Of a DNA stretch of 64,000 bases, positions 60,182-64,000 are shown piece by piece. This DNA comes from Gemmatimonadota bacterium (lineage in GTDB: Bacteria; Gemmatimonadota; Gemmatimonadetes; Palauibacterales; KS3-K002). Position numbers and translations under genes: made by a program. The stretch is from NCBI GenBank assembly GCA_039586795.1, contig JBDHJS010000012.1:16709-80708 (forward strand), in the 5' to 3' direction. The notes beneath the pieces were generated by a model that worked only from the letters and a program-made list of their open reading frames with translations, was not told where the DNA came from and searched no databases. Within the stretch, counting starts at the first letter, position 1. The number at the start of each line of letters is the position of its first letter.

Positions 60182-61036
60182 TCACAACCCGCTTCGCTGC
60201 CCGACAAACGATGCCCCCGCATTCCCCATCCGCACGTCGCCTGTCGATTCCAACCCCACTACACCAGTGAACAACGCGGACTTACTGGTCAGGTTCACGC
60301 CCAGCTGAAACCCGCCAAAATTGCCGTCGCCGTCCCACTGCGCCTGCGCCAGCACTTCAACGGTCCGCATGATCATGACCGAACCGCCGATGCGGAACGC
60401 GCGAAAGTCGCTCTCCCTTGTCCGGTAGTCGCCCTGGATGGAAAGCGAGAACTTGCCCTCGCGGGCTTCGCGGAACGAGATCGCACCTACCACCCGCTCG
60501 TCGAGCACCGTGTCGCGGACGACCGGCGAGCCGATGTCCCGCCAGGTCAGTCCGATCGATAGGCCGGACTGGGAAACGAACAGGTAGCCGACGTCCCAGC
60601 TGCCCTCCGCACCACCCACCGTGCGCCAGGTACGCGCCGCTCCGACACCATTACCGCGAGCGGCGAAGCCCGCCGACACCGTGTAGTTGTCGCCTTGGGA
60701 GAAACCGGTCGTGTCGTGGTACTCGTCGTGGACGTATCCGAATCCCAGGGGACCCCACTGAACGCCGAGCAGCCATTGCCCGACTTCCCAGCCGCTATCT
60801 TCCGGTCGATCGAATGTGACGTTGCCGGTCAACAGGGTGGCAGCGAAGAAGCCGGAGGCGCCCGGGTTAACGAAGACTCCGGCGCCGTTGCCCATATCGG
60901 AGACGAATCGGTAGGTCTGCGGCGTGGGCACGCGGTACTGCCCGGCCGCCGGCATCGCCAATAGCAAGATGCCCAGGCAAGGACTCAAGAAGGTTCGGAA
61001 TCGCACTTCCGGTCGGCTCCCCCCGCTGGTAACCAC
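60182..61036 (-). CDS. Exported beta-strand-rich hypothetical protein
   Basis: Signal-like LGILLLAMPAAG-Q; VFVNPG; alternating Gly/aromatic strands; start uncertain. Confidence 0.6.
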   Translation of the reverse strand: MVTSGGSRPEVRFRTFLSPCLGILLLAMPAAGQYRVPTPQTYRFVSDMGNGAGVFVNPGASGFFAATLLTGNVTFDRPEDSGWEVGQWLLGVQWGPLGFGYVHDEYHDTTGFSQGDNYTVSAGFAARGNGVGAARTWRTVGGAEGSWDVGYLFVSQSGLSIGLTWRDIGSPVVRDTVLDERVVGAISFREAREGKFSLSIQGDYRTRESDFRAFRIGGSVMIMRTVEVLAQAQWDGDGNFGGFQLGVNLTSKSALFTGVVGLESTGDVRMGNAGASFVGQRSGL

Positions 61037-61171
61037 CCCTCACTCGCCCTCTAACCTGCGCGGCTCGGGCCCCCCGGGCAAGGGAGAAATCGCTGCCCGC
61101 ACTCACCTTGACCAAACGGCCACCACCGTGTATCCCTTGTGGTTCGCAAAAACGCCATCAAGGGAAGTTGA

Positions 61172-61933
61172 ATGACCGATATAGCGGAAGCTGCCGGCCC
61201 GGGCCCTGCCTCGCTCGCCAACGGTGAGCCGGTCGTCCAGGCCAGGGAAGTCAGCAAGCGATACGCCCGGAATTGGGCCCTCCGGGCCGTCGACCTGACG
61301 GTCGCCAAGGGCGAGCTGGTGTCGCTGTTGGGGCCCAACGGATCGGGGAAGAGCACGCTGCTGCGCGTGGTCACCGGCATCTCGCGGCCCACCTACGGCG
61401 AGGTGCAGATCTTCGGTTCGGCGCCCCGCAACGGTGACCGGAAGCACCTGGGCGTCCTGCCCCCACAGTCGTTCCTCTACGGCGAGCTCACGGCGCTGGA
61501 GAATCTTCGCTTCGCCGCCGTCATGTACGGCCTGCAGCCGGTTCGCGACGACCTGGTCGAAGCCCTCGCCCACGTCGGATTGGCGCATGCGGCGGAGCAG
61601 CAGGTGCGGACGTTCTCCAGCGGCATGCGCAAGCGCTTGGCGCTGTCCCGCGCCACGCTTCACGACCCGGAGCTCGTGCTCCTCGACGAGCCGTACGGCG
61701 CCCTCGATGTCGAGGGGATCGGCTGGGTCGATAGCTTCATCGGCGAGCTGCGCGAAGCGGGCAAGACGCTGGTCATCGCGACGCATGAGATCGGTCGCGC
61801 GCTGGCGCTCTGCGACCGGGCCGTGTCGCTGCGCGGCGGACGCGTCGTGTTCGATGGGCCGACCAGCGACTACGAAGGCGCGATCTCGGGCGCGACGGAG
61901 TCTGTGGATTTGAAGGCGGTGGACGATGGGTGA
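61172..61933 (+). CDS. ccmA: Heme exporter ATP-binding subunit
   Basis: GPNGSGKST, FSSGMRKR, LLDEP; upstream of ccmB/ccmC. Confidence 0.85.
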   Translation: MTDIAEAAGPGPASLANGEPVVQAREVSKRYARNWALRAVDLTVAKGELVSLLGPNGSGKSTLLRVVTGISRPTYGEVQIFGSAPRNGDRKHLGVLPPQSFLYGELTALENLRFAAVMYGLQPVRDDLVEALAHVGLAHAAEQQVRTFSSGMRKRLALSRATLHDPELVLLDEPYGALDVEGIGWVDSFIGELREAGKTLVIATHEIGRALALCDRAVSLRGGRVVFDGPTSDYEGAISGATESVDLKAVDDG

Positions 61934-62630
61934 TATCAGACGGACGTTCGCCCTGGTACGCAAAGACTTGTTGATGGAGCGGCGCAGCAAGGCGGCGTTC
62001 AACGCCATGGCGTTCTTCGCCGCGATGGTGCTGTTCATCTTCAGTTTCGCGCTGGGCCCGGACGCGCCGGGAATGGCGGCGGGCGCCGGCCAGACGCTTT
62101 TGCAGTACCTATGGCCGGGCCTATTGTGGGTGGCGATCTTCTTCACGGGCATTCTGGCCCTGGGCCGATCGTTTCAAGTGGAGATGGAAAGCGGCGGCAT
62201 GGAGGCGCTGCGGCTCTACCCGGGTGATCGAAAGGCGATCTACGCGGGTAAACTGATCGCAAACCTGGCCATACTGGCGGCGATGGAGGTCATCCTTATC
62301 CCCGTCTCCGCCGTGCTCTATAACATAGACTTGATCGCCAAGCTGCCGATGCTGCTGGTCGTGGTCGGGGCGGGTACCCTCGGCTTCGCGGCGGTCGGCA
62401 CGTTCTACGCGGCGCTAACCGCGAATCTGCGGGCCCGGGACGTGATGCTGCCGGTGCTTCTGTTTCCGATCATGGTGCCGGTGGTGGTGGCAGCGGTGAA
62501 AGCGACGACGCTGGTCGTGCGCGGCGATCCGATGGGCGAGCTTTGGGTCTGGCTCCGCATCATCTTGCTGATCGATCTGGTCCTATTGGCTGTCTGCACG
62601 ATCACGTTCGAGTTCGCCATCGAGGAATAA
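61926..62630 (+). CDS. ccmB: Heme exporter permease
   Basis: KDLLMERR, PGLLWV, MLPVLLFP. Confidence 0.9.
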   Translation: MGDIRRTFALVRKDLLMERRSKAAFNAMAFFAAMVLFIFSFALGPDAPGMAAGAGQTLLQYLWPGLLWVAIFFTGILALGRSFQVEMESGGMEALRLYPGDRKAIYAGKLIANLAILAAMEVILIPVSAVLYNIDLIAKLPMLLVVVGAGTLGFAAVGTFYAALTANLRARDVMLPVLLFPIMVPVVVAAVKATTLVVRGDPMGELWVWLRIILLIDLVLLAVCTITFEFAIEE

Positions 62631-62661
62631 CTGCAGCGCGGAATCTCACATCGAGGACGCT

Positions 62662-63432
62662 ATGCTTGGAAAAATCATTCTTTACGGCGTGGTCACCGCC
62701 ATCATCGTCGTCGTCATGGGTTATGGCATCCGTCTGGCGAAGGCGCCCAAGGAGGCGGCGCTCCGCGTCGGCACCATCGCCGGTATCGTGGGCCTGGTGT
62801 TGCTGGCGGCCGGCCTCTACGGCGGCATGTTCATCGCACCCACCGAGCGCATCATGGGTGACGTCTACCGCATCATGTTCATCCACTTTCCCAGTTGGGT
62901 GGGCACGGCGGCGGGCTACCTGACGGCGTTCCTGGCCAGTGTCGCCTACATCAAGACGCGGGATCAGGGCTACGACTACGTGGCGGTGGCCGGCGCCGAG
63001 ATCGGGCTGCTGTTCAACGTCACCGGTCTGATCACCGGCGCGCTGTGGGGCCGGCCCACGTGGGGCGTGTACTGGACGTGGGATCCGCGGCTGACGACGA
63101 CGGCGATCATGGCGATCACCTTCGCCGGCTACCTGGTACTGCGCGCCTTCATCGAGGATCCGGAGGCCAGGGCGCGCACCGCCTCGCTGGTGGCGATCGT
63201 CGGTTTCGTCAACGTGCCGATCGTCTACTTCTCCGTTCGCTGGTGGCGCACGCTGCACCAGGTGCAGTCCTCGCCGGAGACGGTCGATCCGGCGATGGTC
63301 TGGCCGCTTCGCGCTATGATGCTCGCGTTTCTCTTCCTCTTCGTCTTCATGCTGACGCACCGCTACGTGCTGGCGCGCCTGCGCGGCGAAGAGGAGCTGG
63401 ATTTGGTGAGAATGGAGGTGGCCGGTGGCTAG
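62662..63432 (+). CDS. ccmC: Heme chaperone-loading protein CcmC
   Basis: IHFP, WGRPTWGVYWTWDPRLT (WWD domain), WWRTLHQ. Confidence 0.92.
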   Translation: MLGKIILYGVVTAIIVVVMGYGIRLAKAPKEAALRVGTIAGIVGLVLLAAGLYGGMFIAPTERIMGDVYRIMFIHFPSWVGTAAGYLTAFLASVAYIKTRDQGYDYVAVAGAEIGLLFNVTGLITGALWGRPTWGVYWTWDPRLTTTAIMAITFAGYLVLRAFIEDPEARARTASLVAIVGFVNVPIVYFSVRWWRTLHQVQSSPETVDPAMVWPLRAMMLAFLFLFVFMLTHRYVLARLRGEEELDLVRMEVAGG

Positions 63433-63637
63433 GTCGGGAATTATCGCAGCTGTGGTAGGAATCTTGGCGGTCCTGCTGGTCATCTTCGCCGCAACGGACC
63501 GCGAGATGAGTCAGCCGGAATTCCTCATCGTCTCCTACGCGATTACGGCGGTGGTCATCGTCGGTTACATCGTGTCGCTGACCGGACGGTTGCTGAAAGC
63601 ACAGCGCGACGAGGAAGCGCGAAAGGGCGGTTCCTAG
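63425..63637 (+). CDS. Small membrane protein, CcmD-like
   Basis: Overlaps end of ccmC; SYAIT..V..GY TM followed by charged tail. Confidence 0.5.
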   Translation: MARSGIIAAVVGILAVLLVIFAATDREMSQPEFLIVSYAITAVVIVGYIVSLTGRLLKAQRDEEARKGGS

Positions 63638-63990
63638 TTCTCCTCTTCCTGAATGGCGGAGGCGGCGTGGATGCTACGTTCCAGCGAATCCCGCAGTTGG
63701 GGCTTGGTCTCGTGGATCGCTGCGGAGTCGCCCGTCGATCGGGCGCGATACAGTTGGCGTACCAGCTCGAGGTGCTTCCCGATCTCGGTTCGCAGCGCCA
63801 CGTTGGCGCGCTTGTGAAGTAGCCGGCTCGCGAAGTGCCAGTTGGACAGGAGCATCAGGCCCGCACCGATGGCGATGATCAACATGTGCTCCGCGGGTGG
63901 TCGGAGAAAAACGATCTCCACGATGACGATCGCCAGGCCGATGAGGGCGACAACCTTGTCGAGCGTACGAGGGTTCATTGAAGCGCTCAT
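63634..63990 (-). CDS. Hypothetical 2-TM protein
   Basis: Two hydrophobic helices then an amphipathic helix; start uncertain at window edge. Confidence 0.55.
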   Translation of the reverse strand: MSASMNPRTLDKVVALIGLAIVIVEIVFLRPPAEHMLIIAIGAGLMLLSNWHFASRLLHKRANVALRTEIGKHLELVRQLYRARSTGDSAAIHETKPQLRDSLERSIHAASAIQEEEN

Positions 63991-64000
63991 CCTCTGTCAT

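Overview
GC-rich bacterial chromosomal window with no rRNA, tRNA, CRISPR array or transposase seen. The gene repertoire suggests Gemmatimonadota, but that is an inference. Left to right it holds a MacA-type efflux adaptor (truncated), an SDR, a DUF4173/wHTH operon and a stand-alone dnaE2 preceded by a candidate small RNA. A 12-kb respiratory island follows, carrying about 52 c-heme motifs: an octaheme-NrfC-NrfD operon converges on a duplicated Rieske/cytochrome b operon. One half of that operon looks intact; the other has a Rieske-like protein lacking all four Fe-S ligands and a cytochrome b lacking PEWY. Next come a SelW/Rdx selenoprotein missed by the ORF track (in-frame UGA plus a SECIS-like hairpin) and luxE-luxC without luciferase. 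A coupled operon then encodes an Npt/TLC-like nucleotide transporter, a POTRA-less Omp85 barrel and a lipoprotein with atypical-kinase motifs, downstream of membrane Ser/Thr kinases. The rest is degP, a VPS10/BNR protein, suhB, trpS-mgtC-D2HDH-pilT-dapA-like-DUF456, purA, rpsP-rimM-trmD-rplS-rnhB and ccmABC(D). Intergenic DNA carries a ~150-bp repeat family with self-complementary, copy-variable ends, plus 7- and 8-mer tandem repeats. The best candidates for an undescribed system are (1) an asymmetric bc-type complex wired to multiheme cytochromes and (2) an ATP-export/extracytoplasmic kinase module. All functional calls come from reading motifs by eye, not from database searches.
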